Origin: Setoptus koraiensis
Lineage: Eukaryota > Animalia > Arthropoda
Direction of reading: 5' to 3'
Assembly (NCBI GenBank): GCA_048013815.1
Contig: CM106586.1
Location: 3,844,001-3,908,000 of the forward strand
Length of the DNA stretch: 64,000 nucleotides
The notes beneath the pieces were generated by a model, which was not told the origin of the DNA, searched no databases, and worked only from the letters and a program-made list of their open reading frames with translations. Of the stretch, positions 1 to 14,300 are shown one piece after another. The position numbers and the translations under genes are program-made. Each line of letters begins with the position of its first letter. Within the stretch, counting starts at the first letter, position 1.

Positions 1-170
1 CAACGAAAAATGAATGAGTTTTAGAAGAGCAACGACAACAACGTCAATTGCGGAACAAAAAGATTATTACTTTTGACTTTGTTCGACAAAACATTGAATA
101 TTACAACAATAACTAGTATTGCAAGATTGTGGATTGTGTGAATTTGGCCAGCAGCAAATTAATTGGCATC

Positions 171-1027
171 ATGAGTAAAAATCAACAAGAAACAACAGAC
201 TTGGAAGTTATTGGTTGCGGCGATAAACGATGTGAGCCGGCATCAAAAGATTTGCAAGCCACATCAACAAATATTTCGACACAGTCAACGTCAGTGAGCG
301 AGACAATAATGCCATCGCAAGATAATGTGTCGTTGAATGCCGATGCCCCATCTAATAATGCAAACAACGAAGTTTCTTGTATTAATACCAAAAACAAAAA
401 CAATTCTTGTGCTCAAAGAAAGATCAATAATCATCAAAGCAAATCTAGTCAACAGGATCAAGCTCGTGGACAATCACAGGCTAAAGATTACAAACATACT
501 AATAACAGTGTGGCTCGCGGATATCGTGAAATAACCAGTATGCAACCAGAAGAAAACCAACGATTCAACGAACAGTATTCAATGGCCAGTAGTGGCAGCT
601 TAAACAATAGTGCTGCCAGCTCTATTGAGGCAACAAACATGAATTCTTATCCAATTTGTAGTGTAGATAATTGTAACAATGATGATTTAATGCTGGGATA
701 TAGCGACAGTTATATTATAAAAAATAGAAATAGAAGAAATAGAAATAGTAGTATTATTAGAGACATTAGTAATAATAGTAGACAATTAGTATACAGAAAT
801 AATAGTAACAACAACATAACAATCAATAGCGATGAGACACAATCAATCACTACTGCAACAACAGCTTCAAATTCTACCCTCAACAATAGAAGAGATCAAA
901 TGATGAACGACTCTCAACGTCAACTTGACCCTAATAATCCATACCCATTATATGCTCCAATAACATTCTGTTGTTTAGATCAAGTGTCTAAACCTCGCAG
1001 TTGGTGCCTGGCCATCGTCTCTAATAA
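171..1027 (+). CDS. Ca-alpha1T: Cav3 exon 1 (N-terminal cytoplasmic region)
   Basis: First in-frame ATG is at 171, downstream of an in-frame TAG at 114. It ends in the Cav3 motif [30 protein letters not shown] and is followed by ATATCCT. An upstream non-coding exon cannot be excluded. Confidence 0.85.
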
Positions 1028-4000
1028 ATATCCTGCCTATTCAACACACAAACAACAGATTTCTATTTCCGAATCCCACTCACACAAAATCCATGAGAGA
1101 TCCATAACGGGCTAACAAGTAGCGACGACTACGAGGAACCGAGTAAGATATACAAATTAGCAGCTTATATCCGGCATGTACAAATTTGCAGTGGCAAACA
1201 TTCGTATCTCGTATTTCGTATGTCACATCTCGTACCGCATAAAAGTTTTACCTTTTTGTGATTGGTGCGTTTAGAGTTGATATACTTTTCGCCAATTACC
1301 TTTATCTGACAAACGAATGAAAGCACGCGATCGTTATCTTAGTGTGCCTGTCCGCGAGATGGATATCGATTCATCTTTTGTTATCTCTGCATGATTGGTG
1401 CATGTTGAACATACAAAAGTAAGAGTTAGCGGTGAGAATATCTTGTTATAAGTGTGTGTCTTTTTGACCATTGCGATCACAGGTCGCACCCGTTGGGGCC
1501 CCGTCGCTGCCGGGCCGGTCCGGTCCGATTTGGTTTTGCTCGGGCGCGAGTCGCCAGTTTACTGGCTGTGAAACGAATGAGCCAGCTCACTGAAGCTGTT
1601 GATCTTCTGATTGGCTCGCTGTGATTGGCTCGCTGTGATTGGCTCGCCTAGCAACGCCAGTGTTAACGCCAGGGGCCCATTGTACAGTGTTGCCAAATTT
1701 GAAATCGCAGTCACATAGTGCATGTGTATTTGTGTATTTGTGTTGCTCATCACAAATACACATGACGCCACACATAACTGTCGCCGACACGTGATTGCAA
1801 GTCCAACAATGTTGCAGACAAGATACAACGGAGCGCCTCGATGACACACATGATTGTTTGATTTGTTGATTGTGGCTGGCATTTGAAGCAGAAATTATTT
1901 GATTAGCTAGTCGGGAGTCAACTGGCTAACAGCCGACGTGCCACTGTGAAAAGGAGCGTAAAATTAGCACGAAAATGGGGCCCAACTTTTGCAGCCCAGT
2001 TACAAAGTAACGGCTTTGTTGCCGCTGTTGTTGGGCACTGAAACAATGGGTTCGAGCATAACGAGGAGAGCGCATTTCGTCGGATCGGGATCAGTTGTGT
2101 GGCAGGGCGTTTGTAGCGGAGCCCCAATCAATTCAGGCAGGCCATGTTTGCCATTGGTTATGGTCGGGAGCTGTGTCTGGGGCCCGCTCGCCGGCTGGCA
2201 ATGCTTCGTGGGCCGCCGGCGAGCTGTGTGCGCACCTACGGCGGCTCAACTTTAAGTTATTTTTTGACACTCTTGTTAAAAGTGTCACGGTGTGTTCGCG
2301 ATGTCAAAATTGACAACTCACTAACACTGGCTGCGCCAGCCCGTGCCGTTGCAAGTGGCAAGTTGCGAGTTGTGTAAGTTTGCGCGACATTCGGCTACGC
2401 GGCAGCCTCGCCAGCGAACAAGGTGGCTTAAAAAATGTAGTTGTCGGTGGCAAGCGACAAGCGTGTTGGTATCATATACACAAACACCCATTGTGTGTAT
2501 ACTTGTGTTTAGCATAACCAATGAAGCATCAACAAATTGTTGTCGTTGTTGTTGTTGCTGGAATGTTGCGATTGGAGCGGGGCGCAATGTCAGCCATCTA
2601 ACAGGCGGGCCCCATCGCCTGTTAGACGCCTGCCAGATAAGTTGGCTGGCGGGGATAAAAAGCGCGCGCGCGCTCGAGAGACATAAAAAGGCGAACACAA
2701 ACGAGTGCAAATTGCAAACAAGTGGGTACGTTACGTAACAACTCGCCTCCATCGTGTGACATCGTATGTCCGTTACGCAGTACGGCTGTACTCGTGTCAT
2801 CTCGTTGCGTCGTTGCTTTGCTCGTGCCGGCCGACAGTGTCCTTGTCGTGCATGTTGTCGGTGTGCCGGTGTATGTGACACCCCGCGCTGGTGCCCATGT
2901 CTTGCGTGGTCTCGATTGCGCCGTCAGTGGAATGGATTTTAGAATGGCTGTTATGGTTTAGTTGTCGTGGCTGTTTGTCGACGTGGCCAGAGTTGCGCAA
3001 CCATTTATTCACGAGCGGGGCCCCCGCACAACAAGCTCTCGTCAGTGAGCACCTTGCAGCGGGCAGCTTGTAATCACATGTTAATGCGAGTCGCTGGCCG
3101 AACTTGTTGTCGAGCGACTGGCCGCCACATGATGATGATGATTGCGTGGCGCCTCGCAACAGGATATACAGATTATGTGCGGCCGCTGTCCTGGGGCCCG
3201 GCTTTGAGGCCCGCCGGTGGGCAGCGGCCAGTGGGCAGCGGGCAGCGCGCTGGCGGTTGTTAGAGAGCAACAATAACAACAAAGCTGACACCATTGTTGA
3301 ACTTCAACGGAGCGTACATAACTCGTTTTATCCGCTCGCGCTCTCTTACATCATCTTGCTGCTCATGGCTCTTGCTGCTCGTGGCCATAATGCACACTGA
3401 CAACTGCTACTGGCGCTACTTCATAACGGCAAATGTCACCTAAATTTCAATACCTCAAGTGTGTTGGGCGCAACTGTCGCCTTGCGCTGCCAGCGCAAAT
3501 TATATCGCTGTTAGCTGCTGGCTGCCGGCCGCCGGCCGCGGCCCCAAACCGCGTAAATGAATCAAACCGCCACCGCTGCCCATTCTATTATTCTAGCGCT
3601 AGTATTATTCTAGCGCTAGGTAGTTTCATCATCATCATCATTGTTGTCGCCGTGGTCGCCGGACAAGCTGGCAGAGGCTCGCAGCGGGCCGGCACAAGCA
3701 GACTGCGCCCCCGAACTGACAGTGACGCCGACGCCGACACGCACTGACACACCGGCCAGGATAAACGCTGATGATGGCTGCGGCCCACGCCTCGAGCTTC
3801 CTGTTTCTGAGGGCTGCCGGCTCGCGCCCAGCCCGCGTGCGACTAGCGAAAGTGAGCCCCCCCCCCCCCGAAAACATGCGCATCAATCTGGGCAGGCGGA
3901 TTCGGGCAAGATGATGACGTTTTCTTGTGCTGTCGCTACGTCGTGCATCAGCCCTGTCGAGCTCGTTCCCCCGCATCGAGTGCCGCGCCGAGACGCTGCT

Positions 4001-5268
4001 CGTTGCGATGCGGCCAATCTGATAAGTGGGCCCGCCACGCTACGCGCCATGATGAGCGACCGACCACAAAAAACAAGCCAACGCTAATGATCGCCGCCTT
4101 ATCACTTCCTATCCGAGCCGCTGTCTGGCTGGCGCGCTGGCTGGCTGGCATGCACCGAGGGCCCCGAAGTGGCCTGGCGGTGCGCGGTGCATGGTGCAAA
4201 TTCGCTGAGTTGGGGCGCTCGCCGAGCGCAACCAATCAAACGCTTTTTGTGTGTTCGCAAATTAGTATGATCATCATGACACCAGGCTATCGATTAGGTG
4301 ACTAGCTCTGTATACAGCCCAGAGACAGAGACAGCGTATAAACAACAAGCTCGTGTGCGAACAAGTGAAAGTCACATCACTGTCGCTGCTTATTGTTTAA
4401 CAAACACACACACACACTCACGAGTAACGGTACATAGCGACGTTACGTAACGACAATAAACGCTTGTTGTTCAACGCTTCGGCTTGTCGTTGGCCTCAGC
4501 TTGTCGTTGGGCTCAACTCACATTGGCTACGCCAATCAATGTTCACCATCATCAGCGTTGCGTAACCACAGTCGCGGGCCCCATTCACTCTGCAACTGGG
4601 GCCCGAGTTGCGCGGGCAGCGGGGCCCCAGTGGCAGCGGCCCAGAGGAAGTTGTCGTGAGTCGCTTGTTATCTCTAATTAAAACAAATAAATCTAGATAT
4701 ATCTCCAACAGGCGCCACTGTGTGCGCGTGTATCTAGATAAGACTCAGCGCCACAAACTTATCTATCCAGATACACGCTGGCTGCAACTACGTACAATGT
4801 ATTTAAATTAAAGCGGCCGAGTAGCAGCAGCTTAAAACTGGCACTACAACTAAGTGCTTATCTCACTCAGCCAGCAGCACTATTATTAGAAATGGGCCAA
4901 TCATTGGCACTGGCACGCAGTTTAATAGTGGCACCAGTTTAGTTGGCTGGCTTGGCGTTATTTGGCAGCAAAATGGCTGGCCATTTTGCTGCTAACTAAC
5001 GCCACACAAAACAATGGGGCCAACAACTTGTTTTGGCGGCGGCGGCGGCGGCCCCATCAAGCCAGAGCGTGCACATTGATTGGCAATCTTACGCAATAAT
5101 AATAATAATAATAATAGCAACACAGCGACAATAATGACAGCCAAAGCCATGTCGACACGACGCTAATTGTTGTTGTATTTTGTGCCATGTTCTCTCTATC
5201 TCTTTAGCGGCGCCCCTCTGCCGCTTCGTCGTCGTTGTTGTTGCTGTTGTTGTTGTTGTCGTTGTTGC

Positions 5269-5307
<39 letters not shown>

Positions 5308-8300
5308 GGCGCCAGCGACATTAGCTAATATTTTATTTTTATTATTATATACGTATATCCGCCGTTGGTTGCAGCGACATTGCATGGCTTTTTACGTTGT
5401 GAGTGGCTGACATCGTTTGCAGGCCAAACGTTTTGTTGGCCAGGGAGCCCCATGGCAGCGCTGCTGGCGCTGTTAAACGGGTAAATCGGTTAACGGTAGA
5501 TAGGGCCATCAAAATTACATAAAGTATCCGGCTGGCGCTGGCCCGCCTCTTTGGCGCTGGCTGCTTGGCCTATTAATCTCGGCTGATACCGATACCGGTG
5601 CAATAGTGTGGAACGCGGGCCATTGTTGCGCGGACATTGTTGCGCGGACATTGTGCCGCCATGCATCGGGGCCGCCGGGCTCGCTGGCTCATCGGTCAAC
5701 CAACAATTTACTTAGGTTAGTTGTCTTGTGAGCGCGACAACTGTAACTGCTGGTTTTAGCCCATTTGCAACAACAAATGGGCCCCGCGCAATCGGATACA
5801 ACTGCGAACCGGGCGCCATAGTTTGGCCTGGCGAAATTGGCCCCAACAATGGCAGCACCGTCGGCACCGTTGGCCGCAGCTTGGCAAAATTGGCAAAATT
5901 GGGGGGCGCCAACTTAGTTGAACTTGTGCGGCTACGTGCAAATTATTGAACACACGCCATCGATAAGTACACATGCACACACAACGGTATAAAATGGCAT
6001 TATCTGGCCCTGTCCACAGACAGATAAATATGTATTCATTCACTTGCGTGACTGGCCAATGTCAGCACTACCGACTCTCAGTGGTGCCGTCGCAATGTCG
6101 CAACGCAACGGGGCCCCAACCGACACAACGGCGACCGACACAACGGCGACCGACACAACTGCGACAGACGTAACGGCGACAGATATAACGGCAACACGGT
6201 GAGCAGCAATCTGCACATTGGATCTATATGATGGCGATGATGCTGATGGTGATGATATAAAAGTTGCGGATTATGCACACAATGGAGCGGCGGTGATCGA
6301 TGCTACATCAAGTGTAACAAATTATGCCTCCCCTGCATGTTTATTGGTCGCTTGCCGTCTCATTCTCGCTGTCGTCGGTTGTTGCTGGTTGTCGTCGGCT
6401 GTTGCTGGTTGTCGGCGGTTGTTGTCGCTGGTCGTTGGTGTCGTCTGTGGCTTGTCTGCCGAGCAGTCGGCACGGTTAGTCAGTGCCAGACAGTCGGTCG
6501 ACAGTTGGCCAGTGGGGCCTGTTTAGCGGGCCGGACAAGGACAAGTGACGCGTGGGAGTAGGCGCACCGGCGCCAGCAACGCCAACTCTTTGCATCTTTG
6601 CAGATTGTATATTGTGAACCGGCGAAATATACACTCTGCAAACAGTGCGTGCGTGCGTGTGTGTGTGTGTGTGTGTGTGGGTGCCCCGGTCGTCACCTAT
6701 GTAATGTTGCTATTATCATGATAATGGCGCACGCCGAGATGACAAGCAGAGATAGCGTCGCATGAGAGCAACAAGAAGAAGCCCAATAATAACACCGTCA
6801 GACCGGGCTACCTGGAATGCGGCTTCCGAGTAGCAAGGTGAGCCTCGTTGGCCAGCCTTGTCGGCTGTGAACGGGGCCCCAGTTGTGAGTCGCTTGTGAC
6901 GCAGCTTGCCAGCGACGATGGCTCGCAATCACGCTCAATGACTAATGATTGGCCCAATGATTCAATTGGCTGCCGATGAGTGCTGATTGGCAGCTTGCGC
7001 ACCGGCGACACCAAATCAATAATTGATTATGCTGCACAAAATAACAAGTTACAGCGCAGTTTACTGTTTGGCGAGCCAAAAACGGGCGGCCAGCCCCATT
7101 CGCAAGTCGATATTCACAACTTGTGAATCACAAGTTGATATTCACGAGCGCCTCCATTAAATTGCAGCGGCAGCCGCAGCAACGGCAGTTGCGTTTACAA
7201 ATGATGCCAAGCCAATCTAATGATTGCTCGTTGCCTCTCGGACCGGACAGTGGGCGCCCGCGAACCCGCGAATCCGCAAACCCGCAAACCCGCGAACCCG
7301 CGAATCCGCAAACCCGCAAACCCGCGAACCCGCGAACCACCCGGCACACAAAGGCCACTGTGAGGCCCTTTGTGTCGCTGTTGGCGCGGTGCGGCGAGCC
7401 GTTTGGTGGGGCCGCTGTTGCGTCAGTAAGATCGACTGTTACAAATTGAAACGCCTCCGTGTGCGTCGGGGCCAATCATTTGTTGGGGTCAGTAAAATTG
7501 TGCGCTCGTAGGAGTGATTACCCCGGGTCCCGGCTGGCGGCAGCGCCGAGGCTCGCGGCCAAAATGGGCGCACGTGTATCGGTTGATGTGCGATACCGAT
7601 ACAGGTATGCATATGCCTGCGAATGTAAGGTATGCATGCGTTCACACTGTGCACCTCACAGGTAGCAAGCTTGATGGTTGAGCGCGAGCGAGCATCGCCA
7701 GATAACCTGGCACCGGAGCATTAAAAAGCGCAAGACCACAGAGGCAAGACGATTGTGCGTGTTCATCATTGTGTTATTATTTAAATTATCCAGAGCTCAT
7801 CATATAACGGGCTGCGAGAGCTACCATCAGCGCAATAGGGGCCCCTTGGCTGGCTGGCTGGCCGGCCGAGAATAAAATGAGACGAGACAAGATTTGATGC
7901 AATGAGATGGCTGCTCTCTGCTGCCGGTCGGTCTTGGTTTGGTTGGCAAGCCGGCGAGATAGGGTGATACGAGACGTAACGAGAACGAGAACAGGTGCGC
8001 CAAGTAGTAGTGCGTGGGGGCGCCCAACGCGACACTGGCTTCCATTATCAGTTTGTGAATAGACGACGGGCACAGAATAGAATAGGACAAGGTTGCGCCA
8101 TTGTGGCTCCATTATGACGTTGCGCCAGCTAAACGGATAATACACCATTTAATACGAGCGCCACCTTGCCTCGGCCGGTTCCCCCGGCTCGGCTAAGTGT
8201 GTGTGTGTGTGTGTCGCCATTTGAGCGTCGCCGACTCCTCGCAACGTCGTGCCAGCAACTTCTTTTGCTGACGGGCGGGCGGGCGTGCGCGCCAGCTAGC

Positions 8301-11300
8301 CGGCCATGCCTGGCTAGCTTGCCAGCGAGCGGGGCCCCCCGCCCACAGGCAAGCTCGTAAAGGGGCTCCAGCGGCCAAATATCCATGGTAATAGTGCTGT
8401 TATTTAACATTGTGCAACAACGGATGTTTGCCGTTGCAATTCTTATTTAAATTTGTTGTTGTCGCGCGCACTATTTTGCAGTTTCTAACACAACTCGGCG
8501 CCAAAAGTGAGCCAGCCCCCATTTCGGCTGGCACACTTTCCGACAGGCCGCCGTCAGCTGAGTTTTCAACACTGAAATTCGCAACACTGGCCATTCCGAC
8601 AGCCAGCATTCCGACGGTGTGAATGTGTACGCCCACGCCGTGTAACAGTTGAACGGTTTGTTGTTGTTGCAGTCGTTGCAGTCGGGGGCTCACCTTTTAT
8701 CGTGTATCATTGTGCACCAATCTGGGCTGTTTGCGACCCGACGTTTGTGCGCCAACTCTCACCAGCCTTGCCAGTGTCGGGCGGCCCGGCAAGCCGCCGT
8801 CTGACGCCCGTTCGCCCGCCAGGTGAGTGTGTGGCACCCGAACGGGGCGCCATTGGGCCGTGGCTAAAGAATTTGTGTCGCGGCCTCAAGAGTCGCTGGC
8901 ATAACACACCACAATGTCGCTGGAAAACGGCAACATACAGCCGACGGCTCAACATTTTCATGCCTCATGACGCATGAGCCATTTATATCGCGAGCGGCGC
9001 TTGCATTCCGGCGGCGCGTTACCATTGGGCCCCAGCGCTTGCCGCACACGCACGCCAGGCCCAAAGTGGCGGGCCCGACAGTCACCTGACGGCCGAATTG
9101 TCTTCTGTTTGCCGGCCTAACCAAGTAGAAGATATTAGCCGACAGCAGCTAATCTGTGTCTCTGGCGCCTCTGCCGGCTATTACTGGCAGCATTATTATT
9201 TTTATTATGGCTCGATTGTCGATTATTGTTTGGGTGCGCGCCGATTGCATCACCTGGCCACTGGGCCATTGTTTGGGCCGTTATCACTCGTGGGTTTGGC
9301 CCGCTGGCTGCGACAACGACACCGCCAACAACAACGACAACACCAACACAAACAGCGGTCACTCTAAAGCTTATGCAAATCGTTTGCCCGCTTCACCCGT
9401 TCGCGCCCGGCGCCCCGCGCCGCAATATGTCGATTTGTGCGATTTGCGCGGATCGGCGGGATTCATTGTTGTGCTTGGTTGCTGGCATCGCCATTGTTGC
9501 CACTTCTCTCTGGCATATCTCAAGTGATGCGTACACCAGCAGCCGATGCTGATGATCGGCCAGCTCTGCGCCATTTATCCCATGGCGGCGCCAGCTTAGC
9601 TTGTTGGGCCGAACACGAGACAGATTTTTATTTCGCTTCTCTGGCCATCGGATTGAATTTAGCGCAACAATAACAATATGCAGCTCATCGATACTGTACG
9701 GGACACCGCTAGCGCGAGATTTCGTTAGAGCGGAATTCAGTTGCAGCGGATTTCTGTTGCAGCGGAATTCTGTTGGTGCGGAATTCTGTTGGCGCGGAAT
9801 TCTGTTGGCGCGGAATTCTATTGGAGCGGAATTCTGCTGGAGAGGGATGGGGCGCGCATTAGCGGAGCGTAGCCAGTCACCGTCAGCTGTGGCCCGTAGC
9901 CCATGCAAAGCAGATTATACGCAACACAACAAGCATGATGGCTCGTTGGACAACAACAATCATTAACCACACACCACTTACGTAACACCAGCGTTACGCA
10001 ACAGCCAGCCAGCCAGCCAGACTCGATATTACAGCGCGCTGTCTGTCTGGCTGGCTAGACCGTAAAAAGCCGTGCAAAGCGGAAATAGGCTAAATGAAGC
10101 AGAGAATCATTAGTGGCAGTGGTGTGGCTCGCGAGCTAAGCAAGCTCGCATCATCTGTGCAGAGGGGGCATCATATATACGCGCAACTTTGATACAAATT
10201 TCATCTCTTTCTTGTTGTCGATCATTGCATGTTGCAAACAAATTCGCACAAGTACGCACAATCCGTTTTAATTTCCATTGGTGCCCTTTCTACTGCTGTC
10301 AATGTCTAGTTTGCACGCCATTGGCGCTCGCTCAGCTCGCGGCTGCCTCGAGTCGAGTCGCCCCGATCGCGCCACTCGTATGGGGCCGTTCGTATGGGGC
10401 CGTTCGGGTCGGCCCATTCGGATCGAGCGCCCAAACGACGGCGCCAACTGGCGCCGCTGGCACGGTTGACACAGCGGGCACAGTTCACAGTGTGAGCGAG
10501 CGTTCGTGTGACCGTTGGGGCCAGCGTTTGGGGCGTTCGGGGCATTTGGGCAGTTCGGGCGTTGGCGGCGTCCGGGCGTCCGGCGCGACAAGCCGCAGCG
10601 GCGGCAATGGTGTTGTTTATCGCACTTCATTGGCCCACTCATTGGCCCACCTGACGCAATAAGAATATTGTAGAGCGAGGATTAGCTGACCAATGGTTGC
10701 GGGCTCGCTCGCTTGGCGAGTTGCCACGCGACAAACAGCGCGCGCAAAACAACAGCTCGTTTCGGCTTGTTGTGTGGCTATCGTCTTGCCAATTGGAGCC
10801 CCTCACTGGGGGCCACTCTGTTTGTTTCAAAACCATTCAAGCGAACAACACAAATCGAATTAGCCCGAGCGAGGGGCGCGCCACTCAAGCGGCCCAACGA
10901 CGCCAAGCGACAAGCCAACTCGCTGGGCACTAATTCTGGCCAGCCAGTTGGCTCGCTGGCCGCTTACATCATGTAAGTAGCATGTGAGGCCCGCTTGCGG
11001 GCGCCAGTGAGACCCGCGTGTAGGTGTGTTTACCTCCATTCATCATTTATCATCCATGGATCTGCGGCCAGCGGTCAGCCTATAGGCCCGCTGGCCAGAG
11101 CCAACTGGCGCCACTAGCCGCTCGCTGCTCGCTGGTGGCGCTCGCAACCGGAAGGGGGAAGGCAGCTCTCTGTTTATTGTCTTACATGTTGCAATCAACT
11201 TAACGCTTGCGCGAGCCACTCTGTGCAAGCTAACTGTTCTTGATATACTGATTGTTGTCGGTGTTGTTGTCGCCGCTGTTGGGGTTGTTGGCGTTGTTGC

Positions 11301-14300
11301 TGGTGTGAGGCCGTTCTTTTGTTTCGCGGTTCCTGGCGCGTCGGGAGTCGCGCGTCGGGAGTCGGGCAAACTGTGTGTGTGTGTGTGTGTGTGCGTGTGC
11401 GGCCGCTAACTGGCGGCCAGCGGGCGCCGCTTGAGAGAATTCAACTGCTGCCGACCCAATTGAGTTGTTGCCTCTCATTCAATTTGCAATTTATAAGTTT
11501 GAGCAGGCCCCGGCGCGCGCACCGTTAAGACACACACACACAATAGCCTGCGTGGCCTCGCCACAATCTAGATGTGGCTGACCTTATTATGGGGCCCGTT
11601 TGCGAGCCCCACTTTGTGTGCGTGTGTGCGAGCTGGGGGCAGCCCCAAGTTGCGCAGCAGCTTATGTTTGGCCAGTTGGGGCCAGTCGGGGCCAGTCGGG
11701 GCCGGTCGGGGGTGGGCAGGCCAGTAATTATATGTATAATGTTGTTGCTGTTAGATAAATCATGATTGAACGTATCAACAACTCAATTTGAGGCCCGCCA
11801 GCGCGCCGTCGTTTGGATTCTGTGCGGGGCTCGCTCTGTTTATGTGCCCTCTGTTTACATGCCCTCTGCTCACCAGCCCCTGCGGCTTACATGCCCGCCC
11901 TGTGGGGCCCGATTGTTCGGCCCACACCCCGACGCTCAGCCGATGTTCGCCACGGTCGTTATAGCGTCGTTGTGTGCCAGACCAATACCGAGACCGCAAC
12001 CGATTGCCCGAGCGCCGGACTGGCTGTCGCGCTAGCAGCTTTGCGGCCAGCAAGCGGCCCCCATTGTTACACCATTACTCGGGTCCGTTAGTGGCCCCGG
12101 AAGCTGGGCCGCTGTTTGATGGGCACGGCTGTTTGACGCAACAACAGCAATAACGCACTGTCTTGCTACAATTGCCGCTGTTGCTGTTGTTGCGGTTCGT
12201 GGCACACGAGCAATAATGGTTTAGCGGACGCATTTTGCACCGTCATCACCTTGAAATAATAATTAGTGGAGTCCCCGTGTCAAAAAAGATAAGTTGGTCG
12301 GCCATTACAATGCAGTGGGGCGACATGCATGCCGGGCATATGCAAATAAACTTTGACGCAGCGACAATAGTGCGACTGGACCAACTGGACGAGCCAACGC
12401 AAACACAATCAATGCCGCTCGCGTTGCGACAATCGCAAAGCCACTCAATTGAGTTGGCCACTCGGTCAATGTGGGGCCCACATTGAGCGTGCTTAAGTGT
12501 TTTTATGTGTAGCTCCATGTGGCCGCAAATCCGGCAAATCGCGAGCTAGCTAGCCGGCCGGCCGGCCGGCACAGCGAAGCAACGCGACAGCCAGATAAAT
12601 TGTGCAAAACAAACGACAATCAAGTGCCAGTATACTTGTGTTTCAAATCAGTTACTACTTCAGCCATGTTGACAATTTGATAAAAATACACACTCAAATG
12701 AACTGACCACCGCGGAGAGCTTTCGTGCGACTTTGCGACAATTTATGTTTCGGTTTGTGTGTGTGTGTGTGTGTTTAGTTGGCGCGACAACAAGATATGC
12801 GACACTTTGCGACACCATTTGTAACTGTCTCGTTATTTGTAGCGAACGTGGCGGGGGCGATTTGTGGCGCGGCTAAACTGTGCCGCCCGGCTGACTGGCT
12901 GGCTGGCTGGCTGACTGGCAAAAACATCGCAGAGCAAACATTGGAGGGGCTTTCATGGTTGCTGTTGTTGTCGTTGTTTTGCTGTTTATTGTTACCACAA
13001 TGGATAGTGGACGTAACTCTTCTCTTGTCGCGCCACCCAATACAAATCTCGTCATCGCCACAACGGCAGCGCCAACGACAGCGACAGCACCAACAAGGGG
13101 GCATAAATGTGTGCTTGTGACACATATAACTAACAACTGATGAATTGAGCCAACGAGCAAACAAGCGCCCAAACAGATAGCTGACCAGCGAGCGGCCAGT
13201 GGCGGCCAGTTTGGCCAAACTAACCGCCACTGGCGACTTATTGTGCGTTAAAATCACCACCAGTAACACAGCTACACCGAACAACAACAACAAATCAAAA
13301 TAAACTATGAAACCATAAACGGACACACAAAAGATGGATTTCTCGCTAAGGGGCCCCACATAAAAGCGCCTGGGCCACGCCAAAGGTATTGCGCCAAAGG
13401 CTGGCGAATGTAGCGGGCCTGTAGGCTGCACGAGCCGCGACTCGTGTAACACGAGCACACGAGCCGTCACAAAGTGAAAAGTGTCCTAAATGCGATGGCT
13501 CGAACACAAACACAATCGCCCTATCGTCCACTATTGGCAATTTATTTTGGCCAGCATAATTTTGGCTGGTTAGCAGTTATTTAAGACCGAGCGAAATCAT
13601 TTAGTGACCAGGCCATTAAACAATGACGCCACAGCCGCATAAATAACGCCCTCTAGCATTATTAACTACTATTCGGGGCCCACTATTTACAGTTGGCCCC
13701 GGCAAGCGGCGCTGGTCAGTTCAGCTAACTGGTCGGACTGCTCAAGCTCTAATCATTAGCTTAACTCGCTCATTGAATAAATAGCGGTCAGCGGCATGGA
13801 GGAATGCGCCCAAAAATAGAGCCGCTTATGCTGTCTACCGGGCGGCTAGGATTGATGGTCTGTTTCGTTAAGCCACTGACTTACTTTGGTGCTTTGCACT
13901 CTACCCGTCTCTGTATCTCTGTCTACTAGACAGTGTCTAGGTGCAATGCATCGGGTGCAGATTGCAACATAAAACAACACTTACAAGGGTCAATCTCTGC
14001 TCGACGCCAACGCTAACGAATGCTCGTCGCGAGGGATCACAACCCCTCGTTAAGTAGCCCTTGATCTGGCGAGCCCGCCAGCGAGTGCCCAGTGACATGG
14101 GGCCGCACTGGGCCCCAAATCACACACATACAGACGAACGCTATGGCACACAAATACTATCACACTCTATACTCGCTGGCAATGTGAGCGAGGCAAACAT
14201 GGCACTATTGCATTTCATCCGGTGCAGGTTGCTGTGTATATTTACTTTCGGCAATCGGTTGCAAGCAAAACATATACTTTCACGGTGAGAGGGTGAAAGG

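Noticed and set aside
1028-1115. ORF-track extension of exon 1 ([10 protein letters not shown]...SITG*)
   Set aside because: Cav3 similarity stops at SNK and resumes at 22208, so this is read-through into the AT-AC intron.
9729-9840. CRISPR-like array
   Set aside because: Units are contiguous with no unique spacers, there are no cas genes, and the context is a eukaryotic intron.
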